64,000 bases of DNA from Fulvivirga sp. (GTDB lineage: Bacteria > Bacteroidota > Bacteroidia > Cytophagales > Cyclobacteriaceae): positions 1,656,139 through 1,720,138 of the forward strand of contig OZ260091.1 in NCBI GenBank assembly GCA_965284555.1. The letters run 5' to 3'. Of this stretch, positions 20,169-28,152 are shown one piece after another (position 1 is the stretch's first letter; every line of letters begins with the position of its first letter). Made by a program: the position numbers and the translations under genes. The notes under the pieces were generated by a model, which made no database searches, was not told the DNA's origin, and saw nothing but the letters and a program-made list of their open reading frames with translations.

Positions 20169-20428
20169 TAGGCATATTTTTGGTGCAACGTATCAACAAA
20201 GCTGATATATTCTGATTCAGCAGCCTCTTTACTTTTTCCTTTTAGTTCAGCCCAAGCATCGTGTTTGGCTATGGCCTTGAAATCAAACCCGCCAGGGCGC
20301 ACTTCATTATTATCGCCCTCAGTTGCTTGCTTGTATAAAGCATAAAGTTTAAGCAACTCGTCATTAGCAGGTCGTTGAGTTAAATTTTTAGATTTTGTTA
20401 CGGCTTGTTCAAATGCTGGTGTCATCAT
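20168..20428 (-). CDS. Acyl-CoA-binding protein (ACBP/DBI family)
   Basis: 86 aa; LLKLYALYKQATEGD..AKHDAWAELKGKSKEAAESEYI ACBP signature. Confidence 0.92.
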   Translation of the reverse strand: MMTPAFEQAVTKSKNLTQRPANDELLKLYALYKQATEGDNNEVRPGGFDFKAIAKHDAWAELKGKSKEAAESEYISFVDTLHQKYA

Positions 20429-20442
20429 GTTTTAAATAAAAA

Positions 20443-20466
20443 AGGCCAAGTGATTAAACTTGGCCT
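20443..20466 (-). terminator. Intrinsic terminator of gltA
   Basis: aggccaagt / acttggcct stem, followed by a T-run on the minus strand. Confidence 0.65.
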
Positions 20467-20486
20467 AAGTTTAATGTTTAATAATA

Positions 20487-21773
20487 TTATCTGTTTTTCA
20501 TATCCACATATCCGCGAAGGTTTTCACCTACATAAATTTGTCTTGGACGGCCAATTGGCTCATGATTTTCTCTCATTTCTTTCCATTGCGCAATCCATCC
20601 TGGAAGACGGCCTAAGGCAAACATTACTGTAAACATATCTACTGGAATACCCAAGGCTCGATAAATAATACCAGAGTAAAAATCAACATTAGGATAGAGC
20701 TTTCTTTCAATGAAGTACTCATCACTAAGTGCCTCTTGTTCAAGTCCTTTAGCTATTTCTAAAATTGGATCATTAACACCCAATTTTTCTAAAACATCAT
20801 CGGCCGCCTTTTTAATAATTCTAGCTCTTGGGTCGAAATTTTTATAAACTCTATGCCCAAAGCCCATCAAACGGAAAGGATCATCCTTGTCTTTGGCTTT
20901 AGCCATCCATTTTTTGGTATCTCCGCCATCTTTTTTGATATTCTCTAACATATTAATTACTGCTGAATTAGCGCCACCATGTAGTGGGCCCCAAAGTGCA
21001 TTGATACCTGCTGAAATAGATGCATACAGACTGGCTTGAGAAGATCCTACAACCCGAACAGTTGAAGTTGAACAGTTCTGCTCATGATCCGCATGTAATA
21101 TTAACAGTTTATCTAATGCATTAGCTATTACAGGATCCACTTCATATTTTTCGGCAGGTAAGGCGAACATCATTTTAAGGAAGTTGCTACAATAGTCAAG
21201 TGTGTTATCAGGGTAATTGACAGGGTGCCCCACTTCATTTTTGTAAGCCCAAGCAGCAAATGTTGGCATTTTGGCCATAATACGAATGATGCTTAAGTTT
21301 ACTTTATCTGCGGATCTATTTGGATCTAATGATTCAGGATAGAAAGCTGTGAGCGATGTAACCAAAGAAGACAATACGCCCATAGGGTGTGCGTTAGAAG
21401 GAAAGCCCTCCAATATCTTCTTAATGTCTTCATGAACAAGGGTATGTACCTTTATCTGATTCTGAAAATCGGTGAGTTGTTCCACAGTTGGAAGTTCACC
21501 ATAAATTAACAGATAAGAAACCTCTAAAAAAGTCGATTTTTCGGCTAGCTCTTCAATTGAATAGCCTCTATATCTTAAAATACCTTTTTCACCATCAAGA
21601 AATGTAATGGCACTTTTAGTAGAGCCGGTATTTTTAAAGCCAGGGTCGAGGGTGATTAAACCACTTTCACTTCTTAACTTCTCAATATCAATTCCTAACT
21701 CGTCTTCTGTACCTTCCACAACTGGAAGCGCGTATGTTTTACCTTCGAATTTTATTTCGGCCGTTCTAGACAT
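20487..21773 (-). CDS. gltA: Citrate synthase (type II)
   Basis: HADHEQNCST, GPLHGGAN, LMGFGHRVYKNFDPRA and YPNVDFYSG motifs. Confidence 0.97.
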   Translation of the reverse strand: MSRTAEIKFEGKTYALPVVEGTEDELGIDIEKLRSESGLITLDPGFKNTGSTKSAITFLDGEKGILRYRGYSIEELAEKSTFLEVSYLLIYGELPTVEQLTDFQNQIKVHTLVHEDIKKILEGFPSNAHPMGVLSSLVTSLTAFYPESLDPNRSADKVNLSIIRIMAKMPTFAAWAYKNEVGHPVNYPDNTLDYCSNFLKMMFALPAEKYEVDPVIANALDKLLILHADHEQNCSTSTVRVVGSSQASLYASISAGINALWGPLHGGANSAVINMLENIKKDGGDTKKWMAKAKDKDDPFRLMGFGHRVYKNFDPRARIIKKAADDVLEKLGVNDPILEIAKGLEQEALSDEYFIERKLYPNVDFYSGIIYRALGIPVDMFTVMFALGRLPGWIAQWKEMRENHEPIGRPRQIYVGENLRGYVDMKNR

Positions 21774-21854
21774 ATGATTTTGTTTTTTATCGTGTTATTC
21801 AAACGTTCGTGAAATTAACTAAAAATTGTATTAAATAAAAGATGACAAAAAGCA

Positions 21855-22673
21855 CTAATTATTGCCCAAAATTAAAGGCAAACCATCTTTTCCACTTCCA
21901 ATTATCACCGTCTTACTGTTGGGAGATTTAGACAATTCTAATGTAGCTTCAATGCCTCGCATCTTCAATAATTCAGGGGTTAAGCTATTGTTAATTATCT
22001 TATTGGCTACAGCTTCTCCTTCTGCGGCAATTCTCTTACGCTCCGCTTCACTTTTTTCGCGTTCTAGTTTAAACTGATAGGCCAATGCTTCTTGTTCCTG
22101 TTTCAATTTATTTTCAATCGCTATTCTTATTTGGTCTGGTAAGTTAATTGACCTGATTAATAACGCCTTCATTTGGCAATTGTTCTGTTGTAAACTTTTT
22201 TCCGTTTCATTTTTAATCATTGTTTCAACTTCACCACGTTTGGTAGAGTAAATTTCTTCTGCCGTAAAGCGGCCCATAACTTGACGTACTGCTGAACGAA
22301 CCTCAGGAACCACTAGGGTAGTAATATACCCTGTGCCGAAATTTTCATGTAAATAACCAATTTGCTCGTAAATTGGATGGAAACGTACCGTCACATCAAC
22401 ATTTATGTTCAGACCGTTTTTATCCAACACATCCATTTTCTCTTCTACGGAGTTCTCACGTACATCATAGACGAAAAGGTCATTCCACGGAGCTTTCATG
22501 CCAAAACCTTGAGTCAATACATTTTCTTTGTCAAGACCACCTTGAAACTTTTTAAAGATTACCGCACGCTCTCCGGAATCAATTGTGTAAAAAATACTGG
22601 ATGAAAGTCCTAGAAGTAAAAATAATGATACTATTACAAGTATTATTAAGGGTAAATATTTTCTATTATCCAT
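21855..22673 (-). CDS. Prohibitin/SPFH-domain membrane protein
   Basis: N-terminal TM, SPFH core (RSAVRQVMGRFTAEEIYSTKR), EAERKRIAAEG coiled coil. Confidence 0.9.
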   Translation of the reverse strand: MDNRKYLPLIILVIVSLFLLLGLSSSIFYTIDSGERAVIFKKFQGGLDKENVLTQGFGMKAPWNDLFVYDVRENSVEEKMDVLDKNGLNINVDVTVRFHPIYEQIGYLHENFGTGYITTLVVPEVRSAVRQVMGRFTAEEIYSTKRGEVETMIKNETEKSLQQNNCQMKALLIRSINLPDQIRIAIENKLKQEQEALAYQFKLEREKSEAERKRIAAEGEAVANKIINNSLTPELLKMRGIEATLELSKSPNSKTVIIGSGKDGLPLILGNN

Positions 22674-22735
22674 GATAGGGGTTTATATTAAATGAAGCTC
22701 AAAATTGGGCAACATTTAGGTCATATCAAAGTTGA

Positions 22736-23680
22736 TTATGGACATACATCCTTAACTTTATTAAAGTCTTCATAATACCCCAAATTACCAGCTTCATTCC
22801 AGTCTTCACAAGCACCTAATTTATTGCCAAGTTGAAGTTTGCAATGGCCTCTTTTTGAATAATAAGAACCATCTTCATTGTTCATCACTATTGCTGTATT
22901 GTAATCTTCAAGTGCTCGATCAAGTTTACCTAATTTCTCATAGGATTGTGCTCGATAAAAGTAGCCGTCAGCATTTTGATAATTTTTGATGATAGATACA
23001 TTGTACATGAAAACGGCTGAATCATAATATTGCATTTCATGAAATACATTGCCTTTATAAAAATAATACCCGTAAAAATCAGGATTTACTTTAATTAAGT
23101 TATTGACACAAGCTAGCGCTTGTTTAAGCTGCTTTGCCTCATAAAATGCCACAAATCGGTAATAATTATATTTTTCTTCAAAGGGTTTGAGTTTAACAGC
23201 CATGTCGTAGTCTGTAATGGCACCATTAAAATCTCCTAGTTCATACTTAACTTTGCCCCTCAGAATGTAACTGTATGCACTTGTGTCTTGAGGATGTAAT
23301 GAGATGTAATTAGAAAACGAGTCTAGCGCTTCATTGAGCATACCTTTATTGCGATAGGCAAATCCCTTGTACATCCAAAGAATAGATAGGTTAGGGTTCA
23401 GCAAAAAGGCCATATCGAAATCTTTTAAGGCTTTATCAAAATTGTCTAATTTAAAGTAGGTGACACCCCTGTGAAAGTATGCATCTGCAAATGTGGAGTC
23501 TTTGGATATACTTTGATTTAGTAATTCAATTGCCTTTTCTCTATCAACAGATAGGTATCTGTAACCCCTGTTATATAAGTCTTTAGCCGTTTCTTGACTA
23601 AAAGCGTCTGATATTGAGTACATTATCAGGACAACCAAAAAGAATATTCTACGTAAGCAAACTTTATTAAGATATTTCAT
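22736..23680 (-). CDS. Tetratricopeptide-repeat protein, probably secreted
   Basis: Multiple 34-aa TPRs (AYFHRGVTYFKLDNFDKALKDF…), ending ACEDWNEAGNLG. The ATG at 23680 gives a signal-like N-terminus (track start is TTG 23740). Confidence 0.85.
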   Translation of the reverse strand: MKYLNKVCLRRIFFLVVLIMYSISDAFSQETAKDLYNRGYRYLSVDREKAIELLNQSISKDSTFADAYFHRGVTYFKLDNFDKALKDFDMAFLLNPNLSILWMYKGFAYRNKGMLNEALDSFSNYISLHPQDTSAYSYILRGKVKYELGDFNGAITDYDMAVKLKPFEEKYNYYRFVAFYEAKQLKQALACVNNLIKVNPDFYGYYFYKGNVFHEMQYYDSAVFMYNVSIIKNYQNADGYFYRAQSYEKLGKLDRALEDYNTAIVMNNEDGSYYSKRGHCKLQLGNKLGACEDWNEAGNLGYYEDFNKVKDVCP

Positions 23681-23950
23681 GTTGTGTCTAAGTTGACCAT
23701 ACATTTTAGAATAAAAGTAAATAATTCTTACCCAAATCAAATATTTTTTGTATCATGCGAAATTTCCCGAAAACCTGCATTTAGCAAGTGGAAAATTAAT
23801 ACGGGCATTTATGATTCGGATAAAAAACTTTCCAAAAATATTTATAATTGATTAAAATAAGGGAACAAATTAAAATATAATTTGTTCTTAACAGTTGAGA
23901 ATTATTAGAGTAATACATATACAAGAAAAATAAGCAAGTAAATAGCAAGA

Positions 23951-24820
23951 ATGAGACAACTTAAAATTACACAGTCTATCACCAACCGTGATAGTAGAAC
24001 CCTCGAAAAGTACTTTAACGAAATTTCAAAAGATGAGCTTTTGACCCCTGAAGAAGAGGTTGATTTAGCTCAAAGAATAAGAGAAGGCGATGATGCCGCT
24101 CTTGAAAAGTTAGTAAAAGCTAATTTGAGATTCGTAGTTTCTGTAGCCAAGCAATACCACTATTCAAACAAAATACCTTTAAATGATTTAATCAATGAAG
24201 GGAATCTTGGATTGGTAAAGGCAGCAAAGAGATTTGATGAGAAAAGAGGTTTCAAATTTATCTCATATGCGGTTTGGTGGATTAGACAGTCTATTATTCA
24301 GGCTTTGGCCGAGCATTCGCGAATTGTGCGTATTCCTTCAAATAAAATTGGTGCGTTGTCAAAAATTGATCAGGCTTCTTCTTTATTAGAGCAGAAGTTT
24401 GAGCGCGAGCCAACAGATGAAGAATTAGCGGAGTTGCTAGATATGTCTGTAGATGAGGTAAGAACTACGGTAAGATCACAGACGAAGCAGGTGTCCATTG
24501 ATAAGCCATTCTCTGAAGATGAAGGTTCTTCTTTATTAGATGTAATGGAAGATGAGGATAGCAATGAAGTAGATAACATTGTTTACAAAGATTCTTTGAA
24601 AAGGGAAGTAGGTAGGTTGTTATCAACTCTTACTGAGCGTGAGCGTGTGGTTATCAATCAGTACTTCGGATTAAGCGAAGAGCCTAGCTTATCGCTAGAA
24701 GATATAGGTGAAAACCTTGGCTTGACAAGAGAGCGCGTAAGGCAAATTAAAGAAAAGGCTTTACGTAAATTGTCTAAAAACCCTAAAAACGAATTATTGA
24801 TTCCTTATTTAGCGAGCTAA
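23951..24820 (+). CDS. RNA polymerase sigma-70 factor, RpoD/SigA family (Bacteroidota short type; likely a paralog)
   Basis: MRQLKI N-terminus, NLRFVVSVAKQY, FKFISYAVWWIRQSI (region 2) and LTRERVRQIKEKAL (region 4.2); no region 1.1. Confidence 0.9.
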   Translation: MRQLKITQSITNRDSRTLEKYFNEISKDELLTPEEEVDLAQRIREGDDAALEKLVKANLRFVVSVAKQYHYSNKIPLNDLINEGNLGLVKAAKRFDEKRGFKFISYAVWWIRQSIIQALAEHSRIVRIPSNKIGALSKIDQASSLLEQKFEREPTDEELAELLDMSVDEVRTTVRSQTKQVSIDKPFSEDEGSSLLDVMEDEDSNEVDNIVYKDSLKREVGRLLSTLTERERVVINQYFGLSEEPSLSLEDIGENLGLTRERVRQIKEKALRKLSKNPKNELLIPYLAS

Positions 24821-24844
24821 GAAAGTGAAGAAATAGATTATAAT

Positions 24845-24882
24845 AAAAAAGAGGCTGTCTCAAAAGGGCAGCTTCTTTTTTT
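24845..24882. terminator. Intrinsic terminator between convergent genes
   Basis: aaaaaagaggctgtct / gggcagcttctttttt stem with G-U pairs; contains gctgtctcaaaag, also seen at 27126. Confidence 0.65.
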
Positions 24883-24934
24883 GCTTCAGATTAATATATT
24901 GGAACTGAGTTTGGCGAACTAGAAATCCCTTTTA

Positions 24935-25504
24935 TTACAAATTTTGTATTTGTTCTAATTTATTCCGCTCAGTTTGTAACTCGCGCCTAAGTTTCATTTG
25001 CTTTTCTAAAGCGTCTTTTTTGTATTCTTCAAATTCCGATTCTAAACCATTGTAGGCTCTGATTTTTTCATTGGCCACTTTTTGTCTGTCTTTTAGTGTA
25101 AATGCCGATAAGCCAATAATGGCCAATAACCCTGCAATGAAGAGGAAGTTGAAAACTTGGAAACCAACTTTATCCAATGAAAATCCTATGATATTGATAT
25201 GGGTGGCGTCATGTTCTAAGTCTGACAACTGTTGCTTCATTTGCAGCATGCTATTTTGAATGCCATCAACCTCATTTTGCTGTAATGTAATTTTTTTGGA
25301 AAGCTGGTTGATAGTTGCATTTTTTGCATTCAAGCTGTCGCTAATACTTTTCCAAAAAGAATTTAAGGTTTCGATTTTAATTACTTTATACTCCTTAAAT
25401 GTTTCAGCATTCTCTTTCAACTCCTGAAATTGTTCGTCAGTAGTTTGCGCAAAAATTGATTGAAAAATAAAAAAGGAAAAGGCCAATAAAATGGTAGCTT
25501 TCAT
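24935..25504 (-). CDS. Hypothetical exported coiled-coil protein with one TM helix
   Basis: Signal peptide MKATILLAFSFFIFQSIFAQ, coiled coil, TM FNFLFIAGLLAIIGLSAF and cytoplasmic coiled coil (track start is GTG 25528). Confidence 0.75.
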   Translation of the reverse strand: MKATILLAFSFFIFQSIFAQTTDEQFQELKENAETFKEYKVIKIETLNSFWKSISDSLNAKNATINQLSKKITLQQNEVDGIQNSMLQMKQQLSDLEHDATHINIIGFSLDKVGFQVFNFLFIAGLLAIIGLSAFTLKDRQKVANEKIRAYNGLESEFEEYKKDALEKQMKLRRELQTERNKLEQIQNL

Positions 25505-25820
25505 TGTAATTCTAGTTTTGTGTGGCACTTGTTTTGGAAAAATCTCCCAACTCCATAATTCAAATAGAAATTGTATTTTTTAAGTGGTAAAATTTCTAAA
25601 CATTACTGATTTCTAATGGGTTATTGAGTTGATTTACTATCTCTAAATTTAGTGATTGATTATAGATTGCCGTGTTAAAGTAAGCCGTTAATTCTGTTCT
25701 TTTCGATTAAAGGTAAATAATGGCGATGAAACTTATTAAATCTTATTTAGTGCTCATTTAAAGTAAAAAATTTAGGCCTTGTCACTACTAGTTTATAACT
25801 TCAACAACATTTTATAAACC

Positions 25821-26456
25821 ATGAGCAAAATTCAAGTATCAACCCACATGTCACACCCTTGGCATGGTATATCGAGTGGAACCGATGCACCCGGTATAGT
25901 AAATGCTTTCATAGAAATGACACCTTCAGACTCAGTAAAATATGAGGTAGATAAGGAAACTGGTTTTTTGAAAGTAGATAGACCTCAGAAATTTTCAAAC
26001 ATTGTGCCAGCATTATACGGCTTTATACCTCGAACTTTATGTGCTGAAGGGGTGGCGGACTATTGTATGAGTAAAACAGGCAGAGACGGAATAAAAGGTG
26101 ATCAAGATCCAATTGATATATGTGTCTTAACAGAGCGTAATATTACTCATGGCAATATATTAATTCCGGCAATTCCTATTGGTGGCTTTAGAATGATTGA
26201 TGGAGGGGAAGCGGATGATAAAATTATAGCCATATTGAAAGGAGATGAAGTATACAGCGGTTTTCATTCTATGGAAGATTGCCCCGATTCATTAATTAAT
26301 AGGCTTAAGCACTACTTTTTGACTTATAAACAAATGCCTGGCGAAAAACCAACCAAAATGACTGAAATTACTCATGTATATGGCAAGGAGGAAGCTCATG
26401 AAATTATAAAATGTAGTATAAATGACTATCACAGATACTACGAAATAGCAAAATGA
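25821..26456 (+). CDS. ppa: Family I inorganic pyrophosphatase
   Basis: HPWHG, KYEVDK, YGFIPRT, GDQDPIDICV and EADDKIIA motifs. Confidence 0.93.
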   Translation: MSKIQVSTHMSHPWHGISSGTDAPGIVNAFIEMTPSDSVKYEVDKETGFLKVDRPQKFSNIVPALYGFIPRTLCAEGVADYCMSKTGRDGIKGDQDPIDICVLTERNITHGNILIPAIPIGGFRMIDGGEADDKIIAILKGDEVYSGFHSMEDCPDSLINRLKHYFLTYKQMPGEKPTKMTEITHVYGKEEAHEIIKCSINDYHRYYEIAK

Positions 26457-26510
26457 TTTGACATTGTAATACGAATTAAGTACCTATAGCACAACCAACT
26501 AATAATAATT

Positions 26511-27101
26511 ATGAAAAGATTAAATTTTGGAATTTTAATGGTAGGAGCAATGATGCTCTCAGCCTGTGGTGGAGAAAAAAAGGCGGAAAATACAGAAGAA
26601 ACGCCAGTAACTGAAGAAGTGGTAGAGCAAGAAGAGTCTAGCAAGATGGCTATGGCACAGATTTCTAGCGCTAGCGGAAGCACTTTAACAGGTGAAGCAA
26701 CTTTTACCGATAACGGTGATGGTACAGTTACATTAAATTTGAATGTGCAAGGTGCAACTCCAGGAGAACATGCTTTGCATTTGCATCAAAATGGTGATTG
26801 CAGCGCACCTGATGCCACTTCGGCTGGCGGGCATTGGAACCCATCAATGACTGACCATGGTAAAAGAGAAGAGGGAGCGACCTATCATGCAGGCGATATT
26901 GACAACATTGTTGTAGGTGCTGATAGTACTGGTACACTTACCATGACTGTTAAAGGCTGGTCAGTCGGAGGTGATGAAAATACCAATGTGATTGGAAGAG
27001 CCATTATCATTCATGCACAAGCCGATGATTTCGTATCTCAACCAGCAGGCGCAGCAGGCGCTCGTGAGGGTTGTGGTGTAATTGTAGAAAAAACGAATTA
27101 A
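26511..27101 (+). CDS. sodC: Cu/Zn superoxide dismutase, lipoprotein
   Basis: Lipobox LSAC; HALHLH, GGHWNP, DHG..HAGD and GRAIIIHA metal ligands; disulfide cysteines present. Confidence 0.9.
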   Translation: MKRLNFGILMVGAMMLSACGGEKKAENTEETPVTEEVVEQEESSKMAMAQISSASGSTLTGEATFTDNGDGTVTLNLNVQGATPGEHALHLHQNGDCSAPDATSAGGHWNPSMTDHGKREEGATYHAGDIDNIVVGADSTGTLTMTVKGWSVGGDENTNVIGRAIIIHAQADDFVSQPAGAAGAREGCGVIVEKTN

Positions 27102-27126
27102 AATTTTAATTATACCTAAAAAAAAG

Positions 27127-27268
27127 CTGTCTCAAAAGTAGAGCGTCATTACGAGCCTGTTTGCCGACAGGTAGGAGAATTGAAGTAATCTTAGTTAAGA
27201 ATACGTAAAAAACCGTGATATTGCTTTAGATCGCTAGCAATGACTAGATTTTATTACTTTTGAGACAG
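27127..27268. repeat. Nested palindromic REP/BIME-like element
   Basis: Outer perfect 14-bp IR ctgtctcaaaagta / tacttttgagacag; inner gtcattacgag / ctagcaatgac and gaagtaatct / gatattgcttt arms; inserted cctgtttgccgacaggtagg palindrome. Confidence 0.7.
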
Positions 27269-27273
27269 ATTTT

Positions 27274-28020
27274 TTACACCCCTTTTTTATCACCGTAAAT
27301 AAGAATGTGAAGCCTGTCGGTATAGTTAAAGCCATGTGACTTGCATTGCTCAACTAACCATTGTTGTTTATCAATAAGTTCCTTTCCTGTTGTGCCCTGC
27401 GGCATTAAATACACTTTTTCTGAAGCTATCTGATATTTGCTGATTAGCTCTAAAACCTCATTTAAATCGTTTGGTTTTTCTATTACAAACTTGAATGCTG
27501 CTTTTTTGCTTTGTGTGAAAAACTGCATGGCCAGCTGTTTATCCCTCAGCTTTTCTGCATTGTTAGAATTTGCCAATTTTGGAGAAACATTATATTGTTT
27601 AATACAAAAGTCTAGGTCATGAGATGGTACAAGCGTGCCATTAGTTTCAATTTCAATGCAATACCCTTTATTGGCCAACGTGGTGGCCAATCCAGCAAGT
27701 TCCTTTTGTTGCATTAGTGGTTCACCCCCAGTGATAATAATCCGCTGACAAGGATACTGATCTATTTCACTAATTATTTCCTCAGTATTCGTTTCTACCT
27801 GCCATTCCTCTTTCTTAAATTTTTTGTAATCCGGATTGACATCTTTAATGTGCTTGAAATTGGTATTCTCCCAGTTCCAAGTATAGTCGGTATCGCACCA
27901 GATGCAATGCAAATTGCACATCGAAAGTCTTATGAATATGGCCGGTTTGCCAATGCTTGGTCCCTCACCTTGGATGGAGTAAAATATTTCGGGTTTATGA
28001 TTGAGTTTAGCGAGTTTCAC
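27274..28020 (-). CDS. queE: 7-carboxy-7-deazaguanine synthase (radical SAM)
   Basis: EIFYSIQGEG, CNLHCIWCDT radical-SAM motif, ITGGEP, IETNG and SPKL. Confidence 0.85.
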   Translation of the reverse strand: MKLAKLNHKPEIFYSIQGEGPSIGKPAIFIRLSMCNLHCIWCDTDYTWNWENTNFKHIKDVNPDYKKFKKEEWQVETNTEEIISEIDQYPCQRIIITGGEPLMQQKELAGLATTLANKGYCIEIETNGTLVPSHDLDFCIKQYNVSPKLANSNNAEKLRDKQLAMQFFTQSKKAAFKFVIEKPNDLNEVLELISKYQIASEKVYLMPQGTTGKELIDKQQWLVEQCKSHGFNYTDRLHILIYGDKKGV

Positions 28021-28092
28021 AACGGCAAAGGTATTAAATTGAGTAATCTCTTTTGGCTATTGTCTCTATTTTGAGTTGAATCAATGGCAATT

Positions 28093-28106
28093 ATGATGAA
28101 CGTCAG
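28093..28106. promoter_or_regulatory. Crp/Fnr-type box upstream of ccoI (divergent from queE)
   Basis: atgat-gaac-gtcag. Confidence 0.65.
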
Positions 28107-28152
28107 TAATAGTAAAGGTGCTAAAGCGCAATTTTGTAGTTAAAATTATAGT

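Noticed and set aside
24935-25504. Possible tRNA methyltransferase label sometimes given to similar Bacteroidota proteins
   Set aside because: The sequence shows a signal peptide, coiled coils and a TM helix but no SAM-binding or SPOUT motifs
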